A DNA stretch of 64,000 nt from Eledone cirrhosa (Eukaryota): assembly GCA_964016885.1 (NCBI GenBank), contig OZ024743.1, positions 179,800,001 through 179,864,000 of the forward strand, in the 5' to 3' direction. The translations under genes were made by a program, and so were the position numbers. Below the pieces are notes generated by a model. That model did no database searches, had not been told where the DNA came from, and worked only from the letters and a program-made list of their open reading frames with translations. Shown in pieces: positions 45,151 through 60,910 of the stretch. Numbering within the stretch: the first letter of the stretch is position 1; each line of letters opens with the position of its first letter.

Positions 45151-45707
45151 TTCACAGCATGTACAAGTAATGAATCAATAATACAACACTGAGTAGGATT
45201 GGATCGAAGTGATTATGTTTATGAAACTAAGGTATACCATACAATACACTTTAAATGGTATAAAACGCAGTCTGTTGAATTATTAATTAATTAATTAACG
45301 ATGCTGTCACCACCTCAATTGTAATGCAAATGTGACAGTAAATGATGGCTTAGTCACAGATCTGAGGTAATTTATAAACTGCTATTTGCTCTGTATAGAG
45401 ATGGCTATTTTGAGTCTGTTGTATCACTAAGATTAGAAACTACATATTGTTATTATAATAATAAATTATACAAATATATTGATGACATAAAGAAGAAACA
45501 ACTTAGCAGTTATAATTGCTATGTTAATACATAACCGATGCTATATACAACTGATAAATAATTTATAGGCTGTATATAACATCACCAGTTATAGTAACGA
45601 TCAGTGAACTACAGGTGTTTGATAAGTAGTGATGTATATAAATAATGTTCAATACATATATATATATATACATACATATATATAGATAGAGAGAGTGTGT
45701 GTGTGTA

Positions 45708-45761
<54 letters not shown>

Positions 45762-45850
45762 GTATGTGTATGTAAAGGCACATACGGTATATCTATGTAT
45801 AATAAACATATATAATTATTGCGAGGAGAGTTCTAAGCTGAAAAGACTGC

Positions 45851-45895
<45 letters not shown>

Positions 45896-45909
45896 CTGCC
45901 AATCCACCG

Positions 45910-45969
<60 letters not shown>

Positions 45970-46383
45970 TAAACGGACGGTAGTCCGTTTAGTAATATTG
46001 TTGTGGTCGTGTTTTCGTTGGCAATCGTCTGTTTACGACAGTACAGCGCGGCTCTACTTTACTTAACTGAGATAAAACTTATATGAGCATGAACAGTAGA
46101 TCATTAGGCATCTTTTGGCTTAAAAATCTAGAAATTTGGTCCAGCGGGAAAAAGTTTATAATCAAAGTTTGCTGATAAATCTTGTGTTCAAGTGAGTGAG
46201 TAGTAAGGGTGACGCTAGGGGAGGTAATCCAGAAATGTCGTGCCTTTGTCATTAAGCCAGTTGCCTCAACTAGATTGCAATTATACTCAAAAGAACTTTA
46301 AAATGTTAATCACTTGTCAGTAATTCACTATGATCATTTAATTATTAGATAGTTGTTGCTTGCATTGCCTTAAAAAATAGTAG

Positions 46384-47443
46384 ACCAGATAGAAAAATGC
46401 GTACAGCAAAAAAAGTAATATTGTTGGAATATAAACCTTTAAAAATACAGGACAAGAAACTAAAATAAAACTTTAAAAGAATAGGACAAGAAACTAAGAT
46501 AAAACTTTAAAGAATTGGACAAGAAATAAAAAACTTTACAATAATATTAGTGGCAAAATTTTTTTATTCGTTTCCTGTGCTATGCCCCAGTATCTTCTTG
46601 ATTAGTGCATAATAATTGTCATGCTCTAATTGTGCGTTGCCCCTGAGCGGTTGGTTCTGGTTGGGGTTGGTTGGCTGAGCAGTTCTGCTCCGTCAGAATG
46701 ACAATTGCAAGAAGAATTGGCCGATGCAGCTGCAGGTCTCCTCCAAGAATGCACTTCTGGTCCCGCAACATCAGATTAAGATGGAGAAGACGACTGGGAC
46801 AAGATGTCGACTCTGACCACCGACTACGGCACCTCCCTCAACCACCGGTCCTCTCTCCCTCTGTCCCGTCATCCCTCCAGTCCTCCTGCTCCCCCTTCCT
46901 GTACCAGAAAGCTGTGGCACGCATTCATCTGGACTGCCGGACTTGAACTCAAGGACAAGATGCAAGAAGAAGATAGACGGGTTGGTCAAGATCAAGGATG
47001 AGCGGGACGACAAGACCGTCCGCTGCTGCTCAAGATCTGTGCTCATGGGCCCATGGGTCCATTCACATTATGCATGACACATGAGGCGTGTCGCCGAATG
47101 ATGAATAAGGGGTATGGTTATGGCCCAATTGGTGTTCAAACCAGGATCAAATGATCCCCCGGTCTGACGACGACCTCTGAATGTGGAACCCAGAGCCTAT
47201 GAATGTGGAACTCGATTTTTTACCAATAAAAATTTTGCCACTAATATTATTGTAAACTTTTTTATTTCTTGTCCAATTCTTTAAAGTTTTATCTTAGTTT
47301 CTTGTCCTATTCTTTTACAGTTTTATCTTAGTTTCTTGTCCTATTCTTTTAAAGTTTTAGTTTAGTTTCTTGTCCTGTATTTTTAAAGGTTTATATTCCA
47401 ACAATATTACGTTTTTTTTGCTGTACGCATTTTTCTATCTGGT
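46384..47443. mobile_element. Element with ~185-215-bp terminal inverted repeats around a 650-bp GC-richer core
   Basis: accagatagaaaaatgcgtacagc..aatattagtggcaaaatt (46384-46568) recurs inverted at 47225-47443. The arms contain tandem ~30-bp subrepeats (ggacaagaaactaa.ataaaactttaaaag). Confidence 0.65.
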
Positions 47444-47569
47444 ATATATATATATATATATATATATAAAGGCACGATCGACTTTCGTCAAATCGGACTG
47501 AGGGAACAATGTTTCCGTTGGTCTTTCCAATTGCTAATACTATCTATCGGTCGCAACTCCAGGTAGAAG

Positions 47570-48750
<1,181 letters not shown>

Positions 48751-48756
48751 TATATA

Positions 48757-49304
48757 TATTGTTATACTTGGGGAGGGTCATATTTGTGTAATATTGCCAG
48801 AATTAATAACAGAACACACTCACTGTTTGGTTGGTTTTTGCTTCTCGCTTCTGTGTCTTTTATATCGGTAATCTATCTTACTCGGTCCTCAATGTTGCCA
48901 TTGACTGACCGACGGTTAAAAATAATACAGATACAATATAGACACAAACACATATATATAGTTTATCATAAATCTTTCGTTGCACATCTGCAAAATCGTC
49001 AGTGGTGTTATATTTTCCTCCTGTTGTATTGTATGTCTACGCCATTTTTATTCAGTCTGTCTAAATATTTATTTATTTATTTGCCTGTTTGTTTATTTTA
49101 TTTTGTCTTCTTTGCGCATGCGTTTGCGTGTGTGTATAGTGTTTTGTTTGCTGTGTGATGCGTGACTAGTGTGTGTTTATGTGTTTGTTGTTATTGTGCT
49201 TGTTTATGTATTTATTTATTTATTTATTTTATTTTATTTATAACAATATTTGTTTCGACACACGATTTCATATAAAAAACCTCGCAAAACTAATTCATCG
49301 CCGC
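48757..49304 (-). mobile_element. Penelope pLTR (same family as 15321-17450) with inverted tail
   Basis: 48757-49238 matches 15321-15830. 49240-49304 is the family tail in the opposite orientation. (TA)n flanks. Confidence 0.85.
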
Positions 49305-49339
49305 TATATATATATATATTTATATATATATATATAATA

Positions 49340-49530
49340 CGGTGGATTGGCAGTATCGGTAGAGGGTCGGACGCCATGATTTGATGCATGGAGTTACGCC
49401 CCTTGCCATCCTGAGTTCAAATCCTGTCGAGGTTAACTTTGCCTTTCATGCATAAGGGGTCGATAAAATAAAGTACCAGCAATGCACTGGGTAATTGCTG
49501 GCCTTGTGCCAAAAGTAGAAACAATTATTA
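49340..49530 (+). mobile_element. Full-length SINE S1
   Basis: TGGCAGTATCGG A-box, GAGTTCAAATCC B-box, core, (ATT)n tail. Confidence 0.8.
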
Positions 49531-50861
49531 TTATCATTATAATTATCATTTTTATTATCACAATTGTTGTTGTTATGATTACAGCGGTGGATTTACTGAG
49601 TACTTTGTCTGTTGGATAAATATTTAGCAGTATTTGCCCTGTCCCATTGCGGTTTGATTTCAAATCTGTACCACAATCTGAAATGTCCCTTTATCCATCT
49701 GCGGTCGATGGAATAATCTACCCATTAACTACTGCTAGTGATATAATTTACCACACCACATATACAGCATTTAATAACAGATATACCATCAAGATTCCCT
49801 TCCCCACAAATTGAAGGCCTTGAACCTGTATTAGAAATCTTTATTATTAAACACAATCTCTTAAGGTCTGCATATTCTTTTCCCAATTTACACACGCACA
49901 CACACACACATACACACATGTTTACACATATACTTTTCTAGTTGTATATTCAGGTTTGCTAATGTATCATGTTTGTAAACTAGAAATTTTTCTTCATATA
50001 ACTATTTAATGCATAGGTCAAAGTAAAAGGTTATACTTGCAGATCGATAACATTGAAATACCGTTGTAAGATATGAACGTAGCAAGAAATACTGTAGCTG
50101 AATTGTAGGTTGAATAAATCAACAATCAGCAACCTTACCACTGCTATAACAGACACTATCACAACCACATCACCAACACCAGCATCAACTTCAACAGCAT
50201 CATCTGCAACAACAACAGCATCGAAACGAACATTGCCAGTAACAACACTAAATACTGTCTTAACAATAGAATTCTAATACCAATTAAGGCCCAGCATGTC
50301 ACGACGCATGATATTTGGCATGTCCACTGAGATTACACATATTATATATATATGTAGCACTAAACCAGTCTATGTATGTACATTCTTTACCTAGGTCGTA
50401 CTGACTAATGGAAAATAATGAAAAGAAAAAAAAAATACAAAGACATGAAAACCAAAAAATGAAAAGTATAAACTAACGAACCAAAAAAAAAATCAAGAAA
50501 ATAGAATCTGGAAAAGAAAAAAAGACGAAATATTAAGAAATCAGAGATCAATAAATTTAAGAGCAAATTCAATAGGGGTGCCAGATGTGAGCTGGAAGTT
50601 TCAATAGTTCACTGCTCTTTTCGTGTCTTGCTCTAACCAGAAGTATTGTTACGGTTTTCGTCAGTAACCTTTTTAACACACGTCTCTTGACCCTTTTTGT
50701 CAATGAGGAATTCCATTAGAAATTCGTAAATAATTGTTATGCAGCCGGTTGATGCTATGACGTTGCGTGATATTCTAAATATCGCAGTCTCCATAAGCTT
50801 GTTAGAATCTTAAAAAAAAATCTGACTATTTAAATCTAATACACAAGACACACAGACACAC

Positions 50862-50975
<114 letters not shown>

Positions 50976-51032
50976 GTATATATATATGTATATATATGTG
51001 TGTGTATATATATATATATATATATTTATATG

Positions 51033-51082
<50 letters not shown>

Positions 51083-51126
51083 CATGTGTGTGTGTGTATA
51101 TATATATATATGTACATATATATATG

Positions 51127-51158
<32 letters not shown>

Positions 51159-51635
51159 TATGTGTATATGTGAGTGTGTGTTTTCATGTAGGCAGACACA
51201 CTCACATTCACACCCATATATATATATATATATACGTACGTATGTATGTATGTATGTGTGTAAGCATTAGAGTGCACAGATGTGAGTGTGTGAGACCAAA
51301 TGTTTGTAGTTGAAAAATTGACTAAAATTTCAATAGACATCATCAGATCACATGAGATACTTTCAGAGATTTTCTATTAAGGTCGCAGTTTACTTGCTTC
51401 TCTCTCTTAATCACACTTGGGTTGCAAATGGATTTCGGTAGAATCATGTGATTGTTGTAGATGTTTTGACTTTAATCTTTCCCTATATAAAGAAAACATT
51501 ATCATTCTCAATTCACAATCAGATATCATATGTTTAATATATTTACGTATATAAGCACACCACATACTCCTACCACATATACATACATACCTAAAATACA
51601 TACACACATAGATATATGCATATATACATATGTTC

Positions 51636-51667
<32 letters not shown>

Positions 51668-51817
51668 TATATAAGTGTGTATGTGTGTGTATTATATAAT
51701 AATAATGACATCATTTTTTGAATGACAATTGGTTGTAAAATGTGTGTATTATCAAATATTGCCTCAGGCTGATATTTGTCATGATTTGGGAAAAAGCAGA
51801 ATACAAAGGATGTTTCA

Positions 51818-51861
<44 letters not shown>

Positions 51862-52029
51862 TTTCTTTATTGGCCACAAGGGCTGATATCAAGAAAAATA
51901 TTACAGACGGCACAGGACGGTACAGGACGGTACGATGTGGGTTTTGTGCGAGTAAATATTTTTATTATTTATATAAGAAAAGAAAAAAAGGACATAGAAA
52001 CATATATATATATAAACAATAAAATTGAA

Positions 52030-52069
<40 letters not shown>

Positions 52070-52929
52070 GGGAAGGTACGCACATGGTGAATAGAGTGTT
52101 ATGGAATCGCTCCCGTAAGTTTTTGATTTTTTACATATTTAAAACAATTGTGATGGAATAATTCTTATTACAAATGGAACAGGAAGTGACGACGCATCAC
52201 ATTATGGCATAGGGCTCCAATATTTAATATTTAATTTTGTATCAGAAATTTTATAGTAAAAAAAAGAAAATGGTTACAAACAACAGCCAAATAATTTCAC
52301 CACCAACACCACCACCGCCGCCACCATCACCACTACCACAAACGAAATACAAACCAAAGGCTGCAGCAACATCATCACTATAGTACTATTATCCGATCAC
52401 TACCGCCACCACTGCATCATCGCTACCACCAGTATTCCCTCACTACCTCCTGTTAAGAGAGGGATGGTGGTAGTGTCACTAGAGATGAATAGAAGCGAGG
52501 AAGGCATCAAAAGATATAAATAGACTGATTTAGTGACCCGGTTAAACAGCTAACAACAACAACAAAATAATTATTGTTGTTGTATCTCTAAACTCTCTCA
52601 AAATGTTTAGTTTAAACGATGTCAAATCTAAACTATAATATAATAATAATAATAATAATAAGCAACAAGTCGAAAGATTATAGAACAGAACACAGACAAA
52701 AACAAATCCAACAACAACAACAAATTTCAAAAGTTTTGAACGCAACAACCCCTACTTCCCACGTAGCTAAAATCAAAAACAGCAGCAGCAGCAACAACAA
52801 CATGTTACTGGCCTTTAAAAACGAAAAACGTAAAGGAAAAAAAAAAAAACTAAGTCAAACATTCAAACATTACAATGAAACTTATGTTTATTTTTTTAAG
52901 TTTTCAGCTATCTATTTGTTTATTTATTT

Positions 52930-55900
52930 ATGTTCGTCTAAAGCGTGATGGTGCCACGCTAAAATCACCGGGGGTGATGAAATCACTGGGGATGATGAAA
53001 TCACCGGTGGTTATGTAACCATACATTCACCAATCCTCGATATGAGTGTTTAAATGTCGAACCTAAACAGTTCGAATAACGGTGAAGAGGAGACTGGAAC
53101 GTCATGTGACAGACTCTCACCCAGCAAGTGCCACATGGCCCAGCAGCAGGGACCTGGCTGTCATCCAAATACTGCTGGTGTTGGAGGAAGAAGAAGAAGG
53201 AAAGGGACAAGAACCAATTGGACGAAAGAATTGAATAGAACTGTTATGCAATGTTACCTGAAGAGTAACCCCAAGGAAAAAGGCTATAGGAAACGGATGC
53301 ATAACATCTGGAACGGGATTGGTCTATTTAAATTAGATGAACAAAAATTGGGCGGGCAGGCTCGGGTAATATGAACTAATGGATGGATAAGCGAGTTGGA
53401 AATGGAGGAACTGAGCAGAGAGATTAGATTAGAAATGGGGAGTGGAGTAGGCCAGACAAACGAGCCAGTGAGAAATGAAGGTGAAGAGGTTGAGAGAACG
53501 GAGGAAGCATCCGAGGCAGACAATGATCTGAATGCTGAAATAAATAACATCTGGAACAAAGATTGTGGAAATGAATGCTGGCGGGCTAGGACAAGATTTG
53601 GTTGATATCATAAACTTAGTGGTAGAAGAAATGAACAATGATAGTGGGAAACCTATGAACCTAAGATTTGTAGACAGGAAAAAGTTAAAAGAAACAACAG
53701 CTATGGTAAACAAAGTCATCCCATACCTTGAGGCGAGGAATGCAACAATATCCTCAAAGCAACAGCAAATGCGGTGGGGAAATTACTTGGTATAAAAACG
53801 AGAGGAAACAACAAACAAGAAAGATCAGAACCTTGGTGGAAGAAACGACTGAATGGTCAAATCAAGGAATTGAGAAATGCCGTTGGAAAGCTTGAGTCCC
53901 TACTGAATGGGATACTACAAAACATAGACACTAAAAATAGATTGGAAATAAAGTACAAAAATAAAGTACAAAGCTAAATATCATCATAGAGGAACTGAAG
54001 CAATGAATCGTAGCAAAGAGTGCAAAGATTAGGCGGTATGAGAGCAGAGTAAGTCAGTATAGACAGAACCGCATGTTTGACAACAACCAGAAGATGTTGT
54101 TTGGACAGCTTGAAGGGAAAGAATGAGGCAACGACTTGATCCCTGTGGCGGAACAGACTAAGACATTCTGGAGAGGAATATGGGAGCACACCAACAAACA
54201 CACCAACAAACTGATTTGAGTATCACAGTTGAAACTAATAAAGGGCAGGCCAAAAAACTAACCAACTGGAAATCACCAGGCCCAGATGGTGTGCATGGGT
54301 ATTGGATAAAAAATATAACATCACACCACCCGAAACTGACAACCATGTTCAATGACTGATTGATGTCGGGTGAGGTACCAGAGTGGTTGACAAAAGGTAC
54401 CACAGTTCTGGTAATGAAAGACCGAATCAAGGGTAATGATGTTACCAACTATAGACCTATCACATGTCTGTCCGTAATGTGGAAACTGTTTTACAAGCAT
54501 TGTGTCTGAGGAAATCTACCATCACCTCCATATAAACAACTTGTTACCGGACGAACAGAAAGGATGCCGAAAGAAGTCCCGTGGTACAAAAGACCAGTTA
54601 CTTATTGATAATGAGGAATTGCAAGAGGAGACACACTGGTCTTGCCATGGGATGGATAGATTACAAAAAGGCATTCGACATGGGACCCCATTCTTGGATA
54701 ACCAAAAGCCTAGAGATCTTCAAGGTGGCAGATAACATCAGACAGTGGTTGAGCAAAAGTATGAAGTCCTGCAAAACAGAGTTAACATCGGGTGGAGAAT
54801 CCTTGGGAGGCGTGAAGATCAAGAGAGGTATCTTCCAGGGAGATAGTTTGTCCCCCCCCCCCTGTTGTTTGTCCTTGCCCTGATGCCCCTGACCATTATA
54901 CTGCGAAAAGTGAGAGCAGGATACAAGTTGGGAAAGGGAGAGCTTACCATCAACCACCTCCTCTTCATGGACGATCTTAAACTCTTCGGGAAGAGTGAGA
55001 AGGAGTTGGATGTATTTGTTGACACTGGCCGTATTTTTCAGCAATGATATATGTGTGCAATTTGGTATTAATAAATGTGGAGTCCTAGTGATGAAGAGAT
55101 GTAAATTGAGCAGAAGCAACGGAATCCAGGTACCAACAGGTGAGGGGATAAAGGAAATTGACACTGAGGAAGGATTCAAATATTAACGTGTTCTGGAGGC
55201 ACATGATATCAAGAACAAAAAAAATGAAAGAATCGATAAGATTTGTGTACATTAGGAGAGTAAGGAGCGTATTAAAATCACATCTGAACAGTAGGAATGC
55301 CATAAGTGCAGTGAATTCCAGAGCTTTGTCTATTATTAGGTACAGTGCGGGAATTCTGAAATGGAATGTTGCTGAACAAAAAGAAATGGATAGGAAGACT
55401 AGGAAGCTATTGACTATCTACATGTTCCACAAGAGATCTGAAGGTGGAAGAGGTCTTATCAGCATAGGGGACTGTGTTCAGATGGAGAAAAACAACCTGC
55501 ACAAATACGTGACTGACAGTAGGGAGCCAATGCTCAGAATTGTACTTAAGGAGAGGACAATAGACCAGGGGATGTCCAAGGAGGAAATAACAACAAGGAG
55601 GAGGTGCAACCTTCATGAAAAATCCCTTCATAGTACCTTTTTTGAGAAAACTGAATTTAGAGATCCACAGACATGGAACTGGTTAAAAAGAGGAGACCTT
55701 AAAAAGGCTACAAAAGGAATACTAATGGCTGCGCAAGAGCATGCCCTCAGAACGAAGTGGGTGAAACACCATATTTACAAGGAGGAGGCTAGCCCACTGT
55801 GTAGGATCTGTGGAGAGAGAGAGGAGACTGTGGCTCAAATTGTATCCGAGTGTAAACACCTAGCCCAGACTCACTATAAAGGCTGGAGAAATGATGTGAT

Positions 55901-56447
55901 GGGCAGGGTGATCCACTGGCACGTATGCAGATAAACAATTTACCACATTCTGAGAAGTGGTATGATCATAAGCCAGAGTCGGTGCTAAAAAACGATCAGA
56001 TGAAGGTGCTATGGGATTTTAGGATACAGACGTATAAGAAACTGGAACACAATCGGCTTGACCTGGTGGTTATCGACAAGGAGAAAAGATCGTGCCTGAT
56101 TGTAGATGTAAACTGCCCATTTGACACGAGATTGCAAGAAAAGGAGAGGGAGAAAATTAACCGATACCAGGACTTAAAGTGGGAGGTAAAAAGGAATTGG
56201 AACTGCCATGAAGTCAGAGTCGTCCCGATTGTCTTAGGTGCACTAGGTACTATCTCATAGAGTTTCCAAGGATGGTTAAAGAAAATTAGTCCAGCCCCGC
56301 TTTTTGAAACACTTCAAAAAGCATGCTTGCTGGGAACAGCAAGAACCCTCCGATACGTCCTGAATATCTGAGGCTGCAGGTAGCAGCTTGATATTCACTT
56401 CAACAAACTTTACAGTTAAATAACATCAATGACTGAGACTCAAAGAG
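52930..56447 (+). mobile_element. R4/Dong-clade retrotransposon, family C, near full-length and degraded
   Basis: WTKELN..VMQCY N-terminus, [33 protein letters not shown] zinc motif, HNRLDLVVID..IVDVNCP. Followed by (TAA)n. Confidence 0.9.
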
Positions 56448-56468
56448 TAATAACAATAATAATAATAA

Positions 56469-57140
56469 GGACTGATTATATCAGCACAAGATCAGTGTCT
56501 GCCAACAAAAAATTACCAACCCAACATAGTAAAAAATGGATGCAGCCCATTATGCCGTGTATGCAAAAAACAACCGGAGACCATTGACCATATAATTTCA
56601 ATGTGCAGTCCTATAGCTCCAACCGAATACCTAAACAGGCATGACAGAGCTGCACAATACATACATTGGATAATGTGTAAGCATTTTGACCTGCCCCATC
56701 AAAAGAATTGGTGGGACCATCAACCACCTCCCATACTTGAAAAAAGATCACATCTCAATCTTGTGGAAATTTAGCATCCAAACAGACCGAAAAATAGATG
56801 CAAATAGACCTGATATAATATTGAAGGACTTTAAAAAGAGGGTATGCCTGCTAATTGATATGTCCGTTCCAATAGACAAGAATGTATCTATAAAAACATT
56901 TGAAAAATTGAGCAAGTATAAGGACCTGGAGATAGAAATTGGAAAAATGTGGAAATTGAGAACTAAAACAATACCAGTGGTTGTAGGCGCTCTGGGAATG
57001 ATACCTAAGGGGTCTAATGATTACTTATCGCAAATCCCAGGAAACCCGCATATAGGAGAAATACAAAAGATAGTACTAATGGGAACTGCCCATATACTAA
57101 GGAAGGTTCTGTCAATATAAGTACATCACAAGTCTAAACA
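56469..57140 (+). mobile_element. R4-clade family D 3' fragment
   Basis: CCHC remnant and ANRPDIILKD..LIDMSVP..K..KY..L..VVVGALG (ORF 56686-57120). Starts right after (TAA)n. Confidence 0.85.
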
Positions 57141-60100
57141 CTAACGATGCATACTCAGAGAAGGCCCATTCATTCGGGCCATACTTGCTTCTCTCACCCA
57201 TCTTTCAACAAAATGCTGGGAAGAGAGCACTTCCCTATTTTCCCCGGATTTTCCTTTTCAAATGAAATTTGAAAAAGTTAATCAGGGCATCACCGAAGAG
57301 GTAAGTGCTCGTCTTCAGCCCTTTCAAACGTGTCCACCATACTATCACTTTCGCCATGGCCACCAGACAGATAAAAACTGCCTGCCCTTCCCGGCTAAAG
57401 GAAGGGGGCGGGGCAATCCTCACGATGGACTCAGCTGATAGCTGGATCCGTCCTACACGTGACAGCAGGTGTTCGACATAAACCTACAAGTCAGCAATGC
57501 TCGGACACTGGACGAGTGCGTGCAGGACGGTTTCGTCGCCCTGCGCGCATCTCGGACATGCCCGGCTGACGGCACCTCCATGCCTGTAGAGTTTATCCCG
57601 AACTGGCAAGGCTCCCCGGTAGCACGGCCAGGCCAGGGATTTCTGGAAGTTGTCCATAGGCCCCGGCCCGAAAGTCCTTCCGAAGAGATTGGCTAGTTGA
57701 TTTTGTCGACGCCTAGAGTTTCTCCAAGTACGTCGTCGCTCTTCCCCTCCACTAATCCTCTATAGAACGCCAAGGTGGAGTTTCCACCGATCACATTGCC
57801 CGATTAGTCGAGGGCTGTGAGCGCCTGTAGACATTCCAGTCTCCAAGCGCTCCCTCTCGGTCTTCGCTTGACTCAGAACTGCAGCTCCGTCAAGGAGACG
57901 AGCTGGGGAAAGACGTGTCTAGCAAACGGCGACCACATCTGATCATTGTCGAGGAAGAGGTGGTCATGTCGTAGCATGAGCGCGTGTCTGCGCATCATCA
58001 GCCACGGCATGCCCAGCCCTCCACGTAGCGGGTGTTGACAGCAGATGGACCGCCTGACCATCGGAGCGCGTTCCTTCCACAAAAAGCGAAAGAGCAAACG
58101 CTCCAGCGCAAACAGGCGGGGCTTAGGACAAGGTACGACGGTCAGGCGGTAGCAGATGACGGACGCGATGTACGCGTTAGCCACCTCCGCTCGACCTTTC
58201 AGGGATAGCTTCCTCTCGGCCCATTTCTGGGTGAGAGAAGCCACCCTGCTCGTCACCTCGTCCCAGTTTTTGTCCGTCTGGAGGTCTGGACCGAACTAGA
58301 CCCCTAGCAATTTAACCGGTCCATCCATCCAGCGCCCGACGACGCTGTTGAACGGTATGGACCTGCCTCTCCAGGTGCCGAGCTGCAGGCCCACTGACTT
58401 TTCCTGGTTGATCATTGCTCCTGTCACCGCTTCGTATTCCCTTAGTGTAGTGCCGATCGCCTCGATGTGTTTGGCGTTCGACACCACTACGGTGACATCG
58501 TCCGCATATGCTGACACGGCCCCTCCGCATCCTAGTTCGCGCGGGACCCCCCTCAACGTCTCCAGTTTGTGCAGTAATGGCTCGAGAGTCAATACGTACA
58601 AGAGGGACGAGAGGGGACATCCTTGGCGGACCATGATGTTGAACGGTTCCGAAAGGTGACCGTTCACCCTCACCACAGATCAGATGTCGCTGTGCATGGC
58701 AGCGATCCAGCCTCTGAAGACGGGCCCAAAGCCAGCCGCCCACAGGACTGCCGTTAGGGAACGATGGTCGACCCTATCGAAAGCTTTTGACTGATCTGAA
58801 TTTATCAAAGACCCACCCGTGCCAGGTTCACTAGCTACCCTCTCTACGATGTATCGCATGAGGTGGAGGTTGCCGTGGATGGATCTGTCGGGAATGGCGC
58901 ATGTCTGCGCCTCTCCCACCAGACTACCAACGACAAACGCCAACCTCTTTGCTAGCACCTTGGCCAAAATCTTGAACTCTGTGTTTAGCACTTAAATTAT
59001 CTATGTTATCCCCCTTGTTCGGTTCCTTTCTCAGCAGCGGCTCCACTCCGCGGCTCACAGAGCTGGGAATTCTGCCGTTCTGTTGCCAGTTGCAGAAGAC
59101 GTCCGCCAAGAGGCCTCCGAAGAAGTCTGGCATTTGTACGTAAAGTTCATAGGGCAGACCATCCAAACCAGGCGATTTACCGCTTGTGCAGCTAGTCGTT
59201 GCCTCCCGTACTTCAGCGGCTGTTATCGGCTTTTCGCAACACTCCGCCTCAGTTGTTCGAGAGCCGCGGCAGTCCGTCGAGGTAGAGACTAAAGTCAATC
59301 CCCCGATCCGGCCCGCCACTGCCCCCGAACAGTTGAGCGAAGTGTCGCTGAAAAGCTTCAAACATTTTCCCGGGATCGAGAAGCATGCGCCCGCCGTGGT
59401 CCACCAAAGACCGGATCGTGGCTTTGTTGCCACGACGCGCCTCCGCCACTCGGGCCCATTGAACGGCTTTCGTCCCCTCGTGTCTGAGAGCACGCACCCT
59501 AGCTCTGACAACGCAGCCTTCGTGCTTTGCATTGAAGAATTGGTCAAGGGCCAATTTCGCCGCAAGTACGTCGGTCGCGATGCCTTTGCAAAGCGACTCG
59601 TCTAATTTTCCAACTAATTCTCCCTCTGCTCAATTTTTCTCTATTGCTAAAGCCTTACTAAACCTAATGGACTCTATTTTAATTGCTCTTTTCAGAGCAA
59701 ACCACCACTTGTTGTTGACGATGGCCCCCGTCAACGCCCGCTTAACTAGTTCGCTAATCTGGTCTCTGTAGGCCTTGCGTGCTGGTAAGGACGCGTTTAG
59801 CTTCCAGTAGCCGGGTCCTCGTCTATGAAGCCTATCTAAGTCAAGCACACATCACGAATTTGTGGTCCGTGTAGCTGACTATCTTGAATTGTGGACAGCC
59901 TATGCTAGACCTATCTATTTCCCTACAAAATACTCTCTCTAGATATGATCTGGATGACCCTATCCGATTTGTCCAAGCCCACATTGGTACATTCGGTAAA
60001 TCCAATCGGTACCTGTCAGACAGTTCAAAACGCCTGAGCAGGTTGCTGAGACTCTTGCACCCTCCTTCCCTATCCACTAATCCCACACAATCCCAGCGTG

Positions 60101-60514
60101 CATCTAAGATCCCGTTCCAGTCGGCCACTAACACTAAAGAGCGGGACGTTCCAAGAAAGGTCTCTAGACGCCGGAAGAAATCGGGCCGCCTGTACCTGTC
60201 GGGGCATAGACGGCCATATAACCTGAAAGCTTGCCCGTCTCCGCTGGTCACGTCCAGCACCACCAACTTACCTTCTGGGTCCAAACCTCTCCGAAAAAGC
60301 ACAGCAACTCCACCCCCGATCCCGGACGGCTGGGAGATGCGTACACATCGTAGCCGCCGAAGATCGGTGCGAAGGCCCGTGCTTCGGAGATTCTGGTCTC
60401 GCTGATGGCTACTACATCTATGTTTAGTGACCTGAGGTCGTTGAGCAGGTGGCCCTGCTTCCATGACGACCCCAAGCCACGCGCATTTATGCTGCCTATT
60501 CTGAGTGAGGTCAT
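57141..60514 (-). pseudogene. Tx1-like ORF2 (APE endonuclease + reverse transcriptase)
   Basis: IGSINARGL, VAISET, TDH, GYWKLN, KSPGLDGLP, DQSKAFDRVDH, VRQGCPLS, YADD, GGLGMP. Confidence 0.88.
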
Positions 60515-60910
60515 GTTGAAAAGGAGTGGAAAAGACCACTTACCTTACTTCTCGTAGAGGAAGGACGGTTTTTCCATTCTTTTCACTGCTTGTGGCCTCC
60601 TCAGGAAGGATGTCCTTATAAATCCTCCTGGAGAGTGCTTGTCGGAAGTCTCCGATGTCTTTGGGTAATTTTTGTTTTAGTGTCATGTACGTTTTCTGTG
60701 TTATGCGAGTGATTAGTATGTGTGGAGTTGGTGTGAATTTTTGGGTTGTAGTGTAGTCTTTTCTGTAGTGTAATAATTGTTTGTTGTTCAAATTTAATGC
60801 TGTGTAGTGTGTATCGTTTTGGTTGTTTTGATTTGTTTGCGTTTGTTGTGGGTTTATTTTTGTTTCGCATTTTGGTGACTTTTGTGGTGTAGGCGATGGT
60901 GGTGTTGGGG

